Source of the DNA: Candidatus Caldarchaeum sp.
GTDB lineage: Archaea > Thermoproteota > Nitrososphaeria_A > Caldarchaeales > Caldarchaeaceae
Assembly: GCA_038885755.1 (NCBI GenBank)
Contig: JAVZZH010000001.1
Span: forward strand, 519,413-583,412
Direction: 5' to 3'
DNA: 64,000 bases
Position numbers and translations under genes: made by a program. The notes under the pieces were generated by a model. It was not told the origin of the DNA, did no database searches, and was given only the letters and a program-made list of their open reading frames with translations. This document shows positions 7,969-16,452 of the stretch, one piece after another. Each line of letters starts with the position of its first letter. The stretch's first letter is position 1.

Positions 7969-8719
7969 GCTGTGCAGAACCTCCATACCCGGCCATGACG
8001 GCTGAGCATGCTTGGAAAGCCTTGGCCATCAGCTCCGAGGCCCTCTCCTTGGAAGGAGCTTTGACCAGCATCGAGTAAACCGGAGCGCCTTTCGTAGTTA
8101 TCTCGACAGCCTCTGAATGCCCGGCTGTTTTTTCAGCCTCGGCGGCAGCCGCCCTTATCGCCTCAACCCCTCTGGGGCCATCGCATCGGAGTATGAGGTC
8201 GACCCTCATCTCGACTTCATGAACCTTGATCTCCTGCTCAACAGCCCTCCTCAGGTGTTCAACATCCGTCTCGGAAATGGCTGGGAAAAGGTTTTGAGCC
8301 GGCTCCCCTAATGCGAATTTTTCAAGAACGTCATACAGGGTTGTCAGGTTGGGGTAAGCCGTTGTAAGCTGCTCGGCTACGGCCTTGAATCCTTCAGCCT
8401 CTAAGAGTTTCAGAACCTTAGAAACCTTTGTCTTCTTCTTGACCTCGAGAAGTTTGTCCAGCCTCTCTTTCTGAGAGACACGTCTCAAAGACAGGTCTAT
8501 CTGAAGGGTGTCCGGGTTGACTCGGATGACTTTGAAGACTGTTTTCTGCCCTTCCTTCAGGTGTTCCCTGATGTTGCGAACCCATTTCAGCGACACCTCG
8601 GAGACGTGGATGAAGCCCTCGTAGCCCTTGTAGTCATCGACTTCAACGTAGGCGCCGTAGTCTTTAACGCTGATGATGCGTCCCAGAACCAGCTCTCCAA
8701 CTTCAGGAGTTTTACTCAA
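7949..8719 (-). CDS. eif2a: Translation initiation factor 2 alpha subunit (aIF2-alpha)
   Basis: N-terminal S1 domain (GELVLGRIISVKDYGAYV...) and helical/C-terminal domains; conserved L44e-S27e-aIF2a context. Confidence 0.9.
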   Translation of the reverse strand: MSKTPEVGELVLGRIISVKDYGAYVEVDDYKGYEGFIHVSEVSLKWVRNIREHLKEGQKTVFKVIRVNPDTLQIDLSLRRVSQKERLDKLLEVKKKTKVSKVLKLLEAEGFKAVAEQLTTAYPNLTTLYDVLEKFALGEPAQNLFPAISETDVEHLRRAVEQEIKVHEVEMRVDLILRCDGPRGVEAIRAAAAEAEKTAGHSEAVEITTKGAPVYSMLVKAPSKERASELMAKAFQACSAVMAGYGGSAQLREAGK

Positions 8720-8912
8720 GAACTTTCTCCTTCTTGCCGTATATTCTCGCTTTTCCGCCTGCCGGCTCAGCGACTACGGCTCCGCAGACCCCGCATCTCA
8801 CGGTTGTTTTGGCCGAGTCGAAGACCGTGAGCCTGTTGCCGCATTCGTTGCATACCACTACTAGGAATTTTGACTTGGGTGTTGGTATGAGCTTCTCAAC
8901 CGGCTCCGACAA
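8712..8912 (-). CDS. rps27e: Ribosomal protein S27e
   Basis: C4 zinc ribbon (VCNECGN...RCGVCG) of S27e size. Confidence 0.85.
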   Translation of the reverse strand: MSEPVEKLIPTPKSKFLVVVCNECGNRLTVFDSAKTTVRCGVCGAVVAEPAGGKARIYGKKEKVLE

Positions 8913-8914
8913 AG

Positions 8915-9193
8915 CTACCTCACCAGCTCAAGCTTCTTAAGCCTTATGCCATGCCTCATCACAGACCGGCCGCAGTTGACACATTTCAGGACCAGCGTCT
9001 TCTTCTCCGTCGTCTTAGACTTCTTCCTCTGGATAGGGTACTTCTGGCCTCCGTAGCCCTTCAGCTCGCGTGAGTGTCTTCTCGCACCTAGAGCCAGCGA
9101 ACGCTCCTTCCCCTTCTTGTAAAGGGAGACGCTGTGGCTGGTGTGGCTGTTGCATTTGGGGCAGTAGGCCTGTATGGTCGACGGAACCTTCAT
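8915..9193 (-). CDS. rpl44e: Ribosomal protein L44e
   Basis: CPKCNSHTSH...KKTLVLKCVNCG pattern. Confidence 0.85.
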   Translation of the reverse strand: MKVPSTIQAYCPKCNSHTSHSVSLYKKGKERSLALGARRHSRELKGYGGQKYPIQRKKSKTTEKKTLVLKCVNCGRSVMRHGIRLKKLELVR

Positions 9194-9268
9194 TCCACGG
9201 CTGAGAAGGTATAGCAGGATTTAAACCGTTTGAAAGCCCTTTTTAACGGCTTTTGACGGTGGAAATGC

Positions 9269-9685
9269 ATGGGCCTAGTCGTTGGCGACGTGATGACGGC
9301 AAACGTTCTCACAGCATCCCCCGACGACACCGTTTACAGAGTCGCTTCTCTGATGGCTTCGAGGGGAGTTGGGTCTTGCGTGGTCGTGAGGGACGACAAG
9401 CCTGTCGGCATCGTCACCGAGAGGGACATCGTTAGGAGGCTGGTTGCCGCCGGCCTGTCGCCTAAGCGTGTCAAGGTGGGCGAGATTATGTCGAGCCCCG
9501 TCATAGTAGTCGGTGAGAAGACAAACTTGGATGAGGCGGCTGCGGTGATGGCTAGGAACAGGATACGCCGGCTTGTCGTGGTTAGGGGGGAGGAGGTGGT
9601 GGGCATAGTGAGCGTGACCGACTTGATAAGATCTGCAGAAGCTGGTCAAGCAGGGGTCTTCTTCAGGGCAATCCTTAGAGGTTAG
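9269..9685 (+). CDS. CBS-domain pair protein
   Basis: Two CBS repeats (VGDVMT..., GIVTERDIVR..., VGEIMS..., GIVSVTDLIR). Confidence 0.8.
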   Translation: MGLVVGDVMTANVLTASPDDTVYRVASLMASRGVGSCVVVRDDKPVGIVTERDIVRRLVAAGLSPKRVKVGEIMSSPVIVVGEKTNLDEAAAVMARNRIRRLVVVRGEEVVGIVSVTDLIRSAEAGQAGVFFRAILRG

Positions 9686-11067
9686 TCGGCCACGAGGACT
9701 CTCAAGTCCTCAACCCATCTGCCGAACTCTTTCCTAAACCTATCGACGAGGTTGTCGGCCATCATCCTCAATCTGCCGACGACCACGAAGTCGGCGTCGC
9801 CGTAAACCTCGTCCACCGACTCAACGTCCTCCCATCCACGCAGCTGGTTGAGGATGGGCTGCGGGTCGAGCTGCGGGTTCAGCTTGGCCAGAAGGTAGAC
9901 CTTCTCCCCTCTTAGATATTTTTCGACGGCGTGGGGGTCTATTTCGACCCCTAGGCTTTCTCTCAGGACTTCTCTAATCTCGGCCGGGGTTAAGCCCCCG
10001 TTCTTCTCCCTCGACTTTTTGGCGAGGGCCTCGGTCGCAGCCCGGACGCGTGGGTCGTTGAGATCCATGCCCGTAATCGTGGCCACGAGGCGGTGGCTCG
10101 TGTAAACGCCTACGTGGAAGAGTGGGGTGCCGAAGTCGTGCTCCAGCTTTTTCGAGGGGATGTATCCCTCCGGCTTGGCTACAGCCATGGCTTGATGAAC
10201 TCCCGCCCTCAGCGTCTTGGCTTCCTCCGACAAAGGATGCCGCCAAGGAATCTTGACACCCGTCGCCCTGCTGAAATAGCTGTAAAGGGGGGCTAGCTTC
10301 CTTCTGTCAACGCCCAAGCTCAGGCCGTGGATGTCCTCAAGCGTGGCCACCACCTCGTAGAGGTCGGCTATGCCGTTCCTGTCGCCCACGCCCATTATCG
10401 TTGTGTGTGCTTCCGCGACTCCTTCGAGTATCGACTGGACTGTGTTGGACGAGGCCATGCCGTAGTCGTTGTGGAAGTGGGCTGCGAGGGGTGTTTCGAC
10501 GGATTTTTGGAGGCTGCGAATGAACTCGGCTGCTTTTCGGGGGGATAAGAGCCCTGAAGTGTCGGGCACGCTGACGAGGCTCGCCCCAGCCCTGCCGAGC
10601 TTGTTCACGGCGTTGACGAGCATGTCAAACTCGCCCTCGACGTAAAACCTCGAAGCATCTTCGACGGTCGCCCTCACATAACGGAATCCATGCCTCCTCG
10701 CAGCTCTAACAGACTCCGCCAGCCTTTCCAGAGCCTCCTCGTAGGTTATCCCGTGAAGCTTGTGAATCCGGTGGATCTTCGTCGGAGATATGTAGAGCGC
10801 CACGCCGAAAGCATCGTATTTTGCAGCCGCCTCCAAATCCTGCTCGACCGCCCTTCCGTGCATCACGACCTCAACACCTCTGTCGCCCAGCACATCGACC
10901 ACAGGCTGGATGTCTTCACGGGTTGTTCGTGGAGGATAGTCGACGGGAAGCTCAACCCTCTTGACTCCGGCGTCGGCGAGCCTTCTGGCCAGCTCGACCT
11001 TCAAATCCGTCTTAAGGGGTTGGAACAGCTCCCCCTCCCTGAACGTCGAGTCAAGCAGCGTAGTCAA
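9682..11067 (-). CDS. HMGL-like 2-isopropylmalate/homocitrate/citramalate synthase family protein
   Basis: DRE-TIM barrel signatures (LLDSTFREGE, HFHNDYGMASSNT) with a C-terminal regulatory domain. Confidence 0.65.
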   Translation of the reverse strand: MTTLLDSTFREGELFQPLKTDLKVELARRLADAGVKRVELPVDYPPRTTREDIQPVVDVLGDRGVEVVMHGRAVEQDLEAAAKYDAFGVALYISPTKIHRIHKLHGITYEEALERLAESVRAARRHGFRYVRATVEDASRFYVEGEFDMLVNAVNKLGRAGASLVSVPDTSGLLSPRKAAEFIRSLQKSVETPLAAHFHNDYGMASSNTVQSILEGVAEAHTTIMGVGDRNGIADLYEVVATLEDIHGLSLGVDRRKLAPLYSYFSRATGVKIPWRHPLSEEAKTLRAGVHQAMAVAKPEGYIPSKKLEHDFGTPLFHVGVYTSHRLVATITGMDLNDPRVRAATEALAKKSREKNGGLTPAEIREVLRESLGVEIDPHAVEKYLRGEKVYLLAKLNPQLDPQPILNQLRGWEDVESVDEVYGDADFVVVGRLRMMADNLVDRFRKEFGRWVEDLRVLVAD

Positions 11068-11092
11068 CTGAACTCGCCACGATACGTCTCAC

Positions 11093-11108
11093 TTTCGTAT
11101 TTATAGAT
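11093..11108 (-). promoter_or_regulatory. TATA-like box (CTATAAATAC on the minus strand) ~30 bp upstream of the synthase gene start at 11067
   Basis: AT-rich element at canonical spacing. Confidence 0.4.
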
Positions 11109-11362
11109 AAGTCCGTGTAATTGTTTTAGTATTTTAGCTACGTTTTTCGTAAGTCTTTTACTTCCTGACGCCGCCGTCGTCTTGTCCGGAGGGGCTGGTT
11201 CGCCGTGATTCAAACAGGTTGGTGGAGCTTTGAGCTCCATCTTCAGCATCCGACAAATTCCGAGCCCTCAACACATCTTTTCCCATATATGAGACGATCG
11301 TGGCTTTCGGCGACGGCTGAGACTGCAACTTCTTGAGGAACAACCACCTATTCTTGGCTGGT

Positions 11363-11449
11363 TCGCCGGGGGTGGGATTTGAACCCACGCGGCCCGTGAA
11401 AGGCCACAGGCTCTCCAGGCCTGCCCTATGCCAGGCTTAGGGACCCCGG
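11363..11449 (-). tRNA. tRNA-Ser (anticodon GGA), 87 nt, no encoded CCA
   Basis: Hand fold gives a 7-bp acceptor stem (GCCGGGG/CCCCGGC), D-stem CCTA/TAGG, anticodon stem CAGGC/GCCTG with loop CUGGAGA, a long variable arm (class II), and T-arm GTGGG-TTCAAAT-CCCAC. Confidence 0.75.
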
Positions 11450-11478
11450 CTTTCTGAATGAGTTGTTGAGGTTCGTGT

Positions 11479-12572
11479 TTATGAGGTTTTCCGCCGTAGC
11501 CCGCCTTTCCACACCGGGGCGTAGGTTGATCGTGGCATGACGACTCTGACGGTGTCGACCACGGGCCCCTCCATGGCTTCGAGCATCTCTCCGCCCGACA
11601 TCAACGCTCTTCCGAAGGCCACGAGCTCGTTCTTCAACGACATGACCGCCACAAAGTCTCCTGCCTTGATCTCTGGGTCCAGCTTGCTCACGCCAGCCGC
11701 CATCAAGTCAGCTCCGTGGCAAACAGCGTCCACAGCCGTGTCAAGGATGTAGACCTTCGGAAGCAGCTCGACACAGTCCTCCACAGGCCTGACAATCTTC
11801 AGAAGGGCTTCGGATTCTCCCGACTGCTTGTACGAGGTCCAGGCCTCGTACAGGTCGAGAACCGTGTGCGATTTGTTCTCCGTGAAAGGCCCCGCCCTTA
11901 CCCTCCTCAGCTCCTGCATGTGGGCTCCTACGCCAAGATACTCCCCTATGTCGTGGCAGAGCTTCCTGATGTAGGTTCCGCCCGAGCAGCCCACCTTGAA
12001 CAAAACCATCCTCCCATCCCTCTCCAGCAGCTCGTTGTAGTAGACTGTCCTCACCCTCGGCCTCCTAGCCACAGCCGCCCTCACCGGAGGAACTTGGTAG
12101 ATGTCGCCGGTGAAGAGCTCGAAAGCCTTCAGCAGCTCGTCGTCCGAGACGTCGCCGTGAAGCTCGAGCAAACCCACGTACTCCTTACCGCTGTACATCA
12201 GCGCGGGAGCCGCCTTCGTCCCATCGCCAAGCATCAGCGGAAGAACACCCGAGACAGCGGGATCTCCCCGAAAGATTCTAGGGTCCCGCCGTGCCCGGCC
12301 TGAGCGAGCCCGAGCATCTTCTTGACCATGTAGGCTACTTCGTGGCTCGTCGGCCCTCGGGGCTTGTCGAGGTTTACAACCCCAAGCCCGAGAAGCTCTT
12401 CAACGGACCGCTGCTCCGGGTGTTTTCCACGGCTGTAGTCGGTCTCAGCTTCACGCTTAACCTCGAGCCTTTGAGTCCTCGTCCAGGGAGGGTCAAGCCT
12501 CATACCGCTCAACCATGTACCGCTCCAAGCCAGCCTCCTTGATTGCTTTGAGGACTTCCTCGTCCGATGCAT
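11479..12572 (-). CDS. cbf5: tRNA/rRNA pseudouridine synthase Cbf5 (H/ACA RNP catalytic subunit), split by a 14-nt putative BHB mRNA intron
   Basis: Exon 1 (12278..12572) ends ...NLDKPRGPTSHEV...AGHGGTL. Exon 2 (11479..12263) begins DPAVSGVLPL... and ends in a PUA domain. The two ORFs are in different frames, and removing 14 nt restores the universally conserved GHGGTLDP catalytic motif. The true start may be internal (M at ~12503). Confidence 0.8.
12264..12277 (-). other. Putative 14-nt bulge-helix-bulge mRNA intron inside cbf5 (boundaries ambiguous by +/-2 nt because of flanking GA repeats)
   Basis: The frame shifts between the two cbf5 ORFs. Excising GAAUCUUUCGGGGA (or a register-shifted equivalent) yields ...GGTLDPAVSGVLP... 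The length equals the minimal BHB intron: 1 + 4-bp helix + 3-nt loop + 4 + 2. Confidence 0.6.
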
Positions 12573-12771
12573 CCCTCGGTATCTCCAGCTTCTTCGGCGT
12601 GGGAGCTACATGCCTTACGTTGACCTTTCTCCTCCTAAGCCCCGTGAGATGCTTCGGTCCCGTTAGAACGACGTAGCCGTCGTCAAGCACGGCGACGACA
12701 ACGCCCTTCGAACCAGCATCCCTGCCCGAAAGCTTTACGCAAACCCTTCCGAGAAGATCATCCGCAGTCAT
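12493..12771 (-). CDS. rpl14e: Ribosomal protein L14e
   Basis: GRVCVKLSGRDAGSKGVVV...LTGPK pattern (KOW-like); conserved position upstream of cbf5. Confidence 0.8.
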   Translation of the reverse strand: MTADDLLGRVCVKLSGRDAGSKGVVVAVLDDGYVVLTGPKHLTGLRRRKVNVRHVAPTPKKLEIPRDASDEEVLKAIKEAGLERYMVERYEA

Positions 12772-12834
12772 GCCTCTGAAAAATAGCTCTCCGACAGCTT
12801 TTATACATAAATTAAGCATTTGGTGGCTTGATAC

Positions 12835-13491
12835 ATGGCTGTCAAGCAGGTCGTCTGCCTCTCCGGCTTCGCCGCCGTCGGCAAGTCAACGGTCGGTAGG
12901 ATGCTGGCTAAGCGGATGGGGCTCCGCTACGTGTCGGGAGGCGACGCCCTCAAGGAGGTTGCGAAGATGCATGGGTTCAACCCAACAGGGCCCGGATGGT
13001 GGGAGACGCCGAAGGGCTTGAAGTTCCTGAGGCTGCGCAGCAGAGACCCCAGCTTCGACAAGAAGGTGGACAGCATGCTTCTCCGGATGTGCAGGGCTGG
13101 GGGAGTCGTCGTTGACTCGTGGGTGATGCCCTGGCTTTACAGGGGCAGGTCCTTCAACGTCTGGCTGACCGCTGACAAGAAGATGAGAGCCGTGAGGATG
13201 GCTGAAAGGAGCGGAATATCCAGGGCTAAGGCTCTGAGGCTGCTGGCTGAAAGAGACCGAAAAAGCGCCAGAATATACCGGAATCTGTACGGCATAAGGA
13301 TGGGGAAGGACCTGGAGCCCTTCCACCTCGTGGTCGACACCACGAGGCTTGAGCCCGAGAAGGTCGTCGAGATAATCGAGACAGTCGCCCGACACTACTT
13401 CAGAATTTCCACTCGGCGGCGACGCCGGTCAACAACCGGTTCCTCAGGCAAGATGCGCACAAGGAGCCGCCGGGCCTCGAAACCCTCCTAG
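12835..13491 (+). CDS. cmk: Cytidylate kinase, archaeal type
   Basis: P-loop (LSGFAAVGKST) and NMP-kinase fold. The C-terminal ~30 aa Arg-rich tail may be an ORF over-extension overlapping rpl34e. Confidence 0.75.
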   Translation: MAVKQVVCLSGFAAVGKSTVGRMLAKRMGLRYVSGGDALKEVAKMHGFNPTGPGWWETPKGLKFLRLRSRDPSFDKKVDSMLLRMCRAGGVVVDSWVMPWLYRGRSFNVWLTADKKMRAVRMAERSGISRAKALRLLAERDRKSARIYRNLYGIRMGKDLEPFHLVVDTTRLEPEKVVEIIETVARHYFRISTRRRRRSTTGSSGKMRTRSRRASKPS

Positions 13492-13669
13492 ACGACGCAC
13501 CCCTACCGCCCCTGACCGCGACGCCGTGGACGGGTTTTCCGCAGTACTGGCAGTACCTCGTGGCGGAATAAGGCCTTCGGAAGTGAAGGCGTGTGTTTCC
13601 GCCCGGAGTTCTAACCTTTCTCCTTACGAATGTCCTTGTCCTGAGGCTTCTCCTGACCATCCGGAACAC
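13400..13669 (-). CDS. rpl34e: Ribosomal protein L34e
   Basis: Basic N-terminus (RRSLRTRTFVRRKVRTPGG) and C4 zinc motif (CQYCG...CASC). Confidence 0.85.
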   Translation of the reverse strand: MFRMVRRSLRTRTFVRRKVRTPGGNTRLHFRRPYSATRYCQYCGKPVHGVAVRGGRGASSRRVSRPGGSLCASCLRNRLLTGVAAEWKF

Positions 13670-14123
13670 CCATCCCCGTGATGCTTAGACCCATGACCTT
13701 GGAGATCGGGGAGCCTACGCCGAAGAACGAGAGGATGAACCAGCCGTAAAACCTTATCTCACCCCTGTCGGTTATGAAGGGGATGTTTAGGCCTTGAGGC
13801 GCGTAGCCTACGACCGTGTCTCCGTAGAAAGACGCTAGGAACGGGTAGACGGTGAAGAATATCATCATGCTGGCGAACATCGTCACGAGGTTCTTCTTGC
13901 TCACCTCGGCGTTGATTTTCTGGATGTAATCCTTCTTTTTCTGAAGCTTCTGAATAGTCTTCTGGTCCTTCTTCCTCGTCGCAGCCATCAGCTCCCTGTT
14001 GAAGGCCTGGATCTCGGCCATCTTGGCGAAATCCTCTTTCTTGAATATTATCTTCCTCAAGCCAGTCGTTGTCGCCGAAATGGCTGCAGCCATGCCTGAG
14101 ATGATCATCATCTCAACTATCAC
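13611..14123 (-). CDS. DUF106/EMC3-like archaeal YidC/Oxa1-family membrane protein
   Basis: TM helix, K/Q-rich coiled-coil, then two TM helices; conserved position between secY and cmk. Confidence 0.6.
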   Translation of the reverse strand: MIVEMMIISGMAAAISATTTGLRKIIFKKEDFAKMAEIQAFNRELMAATRKKDQKTIQKLQKKKDYIQKINAEVSKKNLVTMFASMMIFFTVYPFLASFYGDTVVGYAPQGLNIPFITDRGEIRFYGWFILSFFGVGSPISKVMGLSITGMGVPDGQEKPQDKDIRKEKG

Positions 14124-14126
14124 TTG

Positions 14127-15560
14127 CTACTCGCCTCCCAGGAACCTGCCCAGAGCCGGATACATCTCTGAAAGCCTCTCCCTCATCAGGATGTTGTAGT
14201 ACTGGTGAAGGATGCCTATCATGAGCAGCAGGCCTATACCTGTTCCGAAGACGTTAAGATAGTCGGCGACGCTGGCGACCACGCCTATCACCAACCCTCC
14301 GATTATCGTGACGGTTGAGATGTATTTACCTATGATGCTGGCGATGATGGTGGGAGACCTTCTGAAGCCGGGAACTTGCATGCCTGCGTTGATGAGCTGC
14401 TCGGCGACCTTCTCGGGCCCGAGCCCGCCGACCTGGACCCAGAACTTGGCGAACAACACTGCGAAGATTATCAGCAAACCCGCGTGTACAGCTGCTCGCA
14501 CAGGGTCTTCGACGACGTTCGCCAGCCCGCGTGGGCCTATTACGTAGTAGGCAAGCCCGCCTGTCGGAACTAAGGTTCCTAACTCTTGGTTGTAAACGTA
14601 GGTGCCTATTAGGTTGAGGAAGAAGTTCTCGTTGTTGGGGTTGAACCTGCTCCAGACGAGAGAACCCATGTAGAATATGTTGCTGAAGACCGTTGTGGCG
14701 AAGATTATCGGGACGTTCGAAACATACAGAAGCTTGACGGGATACTTGGCGCGATAGCCCTGAAACTTGGCGTACGAGATGGGGATCTCGACTCTGATGG
14801 CCTCTATGTAGATGAGAACCAGAACCAAGAATATTGTCGAGATTAAGCCAACTATGTCAGGGTAGCCAGCCTGCCTGACCAACAGGCTTGGGAAGTTTCC
14901 GGCTAGAAGTGTCTGAAAGATCGCTAGGATGACTCCCTGGTATATGCCGTCAGCCAATATTATCGGGGAGATGAGGGAGACAAAGATCTCCTCAGCCACG
15001 CCTGCGACTATGAACAGGCTTATTCCGCTTCCGAGCCCCCAGCCTTTCTGGACAAGCTCATCCAGCAGGATTATCAGAATCGTTGCAGCAACGAGCTGTA
15101 TGAATATCAGGATGTTCTGGGTGGTTGTCGTGGGTCCGAAAAACCCTGCGTAGACGTATGCAGCGCCCTGGAAGAGCGTGATCACGATGGCCAGCAGCTT
15201 GCTTGTCGACGTGAATAAAGCCCTGTCCTCGCTCTTCCTCAAGTCCATCTTTATCAGCTCAGCTCCGACGAGGAGCTGGAGTATCAGCCCAGCCGTCACT
15301 ATCGGCCCTATTCCTAAAGTGATCAGCGTTCCCTGCTTCTGTGCGAAAACTATGTTCAGGAGCACGGGGCTCTGTCCCGTCTGCTGAGTCTGGGGCAGGC
15401 CGTAGAGGAAGGTGTGCCCCATCCAGACATAAACCACGAGCGCAAGAACCGTCCAAGCAAGCTTCTCAGTAAGCCCTACCTTCCGGCCGGGCTTCTTTAT
15501 CTCGGGTAGAATTTTAGAAGCTTTCTCGAAGAAGGTTCGGACAGCGGATTGCTCACTCAT
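14127..15560 (-). CDS. secY: Preprotein translocase subunit SecY
   Basis: 10-TM SecY/Sec61alpha pattern of the right length, terminating the ribosomal operon. Confidence 0.95.
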   Translation of the reverse strand: MSEQSAVRTFFEKASKILPEIKKPGRKVGLTEKLAWTVLALVVYVWMGHTFLYGLPQTQQTGQSPVLLNIVFAQKQGTLITLGIGPIVTAGLILQLLVGAELIKMDLRKSEDRALFTSTSKLLAIVITLFQGAAYVYAGFFGPTTTTQNILIFIQLVAATILIILLDELVQKGWGLGSGISLFIVAGVAEEIFVSLISPIILADGIYQGVILAIFQTLLAGNFPSLLVRQAGYPDIVGLISTIFLVLVLIYIEAIRVEIPISYAKFQGYRAKYPVKLLYVSNVPIIFATTVFSNIFYMGSLVWSRFNPNNENFFLNLIGTYVYNQELGTLVPTGGLAYYVIGPRGLANVVEDPVRAAVHAGLLIIFAVLFAKFWVQVGGLGPEKVAEQLINAGMQVPGFRRSPTIIASIIGKYISTVTIIGGLVIGVVASVADYLNVFGTGIGLLLMIGILHQYYNILMRERLSEMYPALGRFLGGE

Positions 15561-15967
15561 GCCGTCGCCTCTCCGGGCTTGACCAGACGGCCCCCAGACT
15601 TTTCAACGACCTCGGCGGCTTTCTTGCTCCACTCTCTAACGACTATCGTCAGGGGTTTGTAGAGTTTTCCGCCTCCGATGAGTTTGTCGTAGCCCATGCT
15701 GTCCAAGTTTATCGTCTCAGACGCCGACGACTCGGCGATCTGAGAAACCTTCAGTAGGCTAACGGCTCTCTTCTCTTTCTTCTGCACAGGCGTGAACCCG
15801 TCCTTGCCGAAATAGTCCTCCGACAGCAGCTTGGTCCACTTGTGTTTGTGGCCGCCCGCCATTCCCCTGCCTCCCTTGGCTCCTGTTTTCCTGTGCTGGC
15901 CTATCTGCCCCCATCCATGGGTTCTCGAGCCCCTGAGCTTCCTAACCTTCCTCAACCTTGTTGGCAT
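15557..15967 (-). CDS. rpl15: Ribosomal protein uL15
   Basis: RKLRGSRTHGWG...GGRGMAGGHKHK motif. Confidence 0.9.
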   Translation of the reverse strand: MPTRLRKVRKLRGSRTHGWGQIGQHRKTGAKGGRGMAGGHKHKWTKLLSEDYFGKDGFTPVQKKEKRAVSLLKVSQIAESSASETINLDSMGYDKLIGGGKLYKPLTIVVREWSKKAAEVVEKSGGRLVKPGEATA

Positions 15968-16033
15968 ATTACCACCAACGCTCGTGAGCGTCTGAGTTAA
16001 CGTGTCGATGGTTTGTTAATAAGTGTTTTCCAG

Positions 16034-16450
16034 CTAAATCATCCGCCTGAACAACTCGTTGATCTCTCCGCCTCTGTCCCCGTACTCGCCGCCGGACTTG
16101 AAATCCCTCTTGACGGAGCGTTTAAACCCTCCGCTCGGCGGCCTCAGCCTGAGAAGCACAGGCTTGTCTAGGCTCGACTCGCCTTTCTCAAGCTTCTCGG
16201 CCAGCTTTTCCAGATCGTCTTCCGCCACGTACCCGGCTTTTTTCAAGAACGTGAATATCGTCTGCTTGTTGGGCTCGCCCCACGTGAGGTATCTCTGCGC
16301 TCTCCTGAGCATTCCCACAAGGGTTGGCGACACGGGGTAGAGACCTGCCTTGAAAGCTCTGTCGAGACGCAGCGACTCGAGAGTCTTCGCGACATCAGGG
16401 TCTAAGCCGACGTTCCCCTTAATCCTCAAAACCATCAAAACGCCGGTCAT
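16034..16450 (-). CDS. rpl30: Ribosomal protein uL30
   Basis: Start at MTGVLMVLRIKG. Archaeal L30 with a C-terminal extension. Confidence 0.85.
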   Translation of the reverse strand: MTGVLMVLRIKGNVGLDPDVAKTLESLRLDRAFKAGLYPVSPTLVGMLRRAQRYLTWGEPNKQTIFTFLKKAGYVAEDDLEKLAEKLEKGESSLDKPVLLRLRPPSGGFKRSVKRDFKSGGEYGDRGGEINELFRRMI

Positions 16451-16452
16451 CT

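Noticed and set aside
11064-11388. Two small minus-strand ORFs (61 and 76 aa) next to tRNA-Ser
   Set aside because: Atypical composition, overlap with the synthase promoter and the tRNA 3' flank, and no recognisable motifs. The region is treated as non-coding or possibly ncRNA.
11479-12572. Treating the two Cbf5-matching ORFs (12234..12572 and 11479..12234) as separate genes or as a frameshifted pseudogene
   Set aside because: Deleting exactly 14 nt restores the invariant GHGGTLDP motif. This matches the known crenarchaeal cbf5 BHB intron better than gene decay.
12835-13491. Calling the cmk-like gene an adenylate kinase (adk)
   Set aside because: Its position next to rpl14e/cbf5 and its short NMP-kinase pattern match the archaeal cmk of the conserved neighbourhood. 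A call as adk cannot be supported from the sequence alone.
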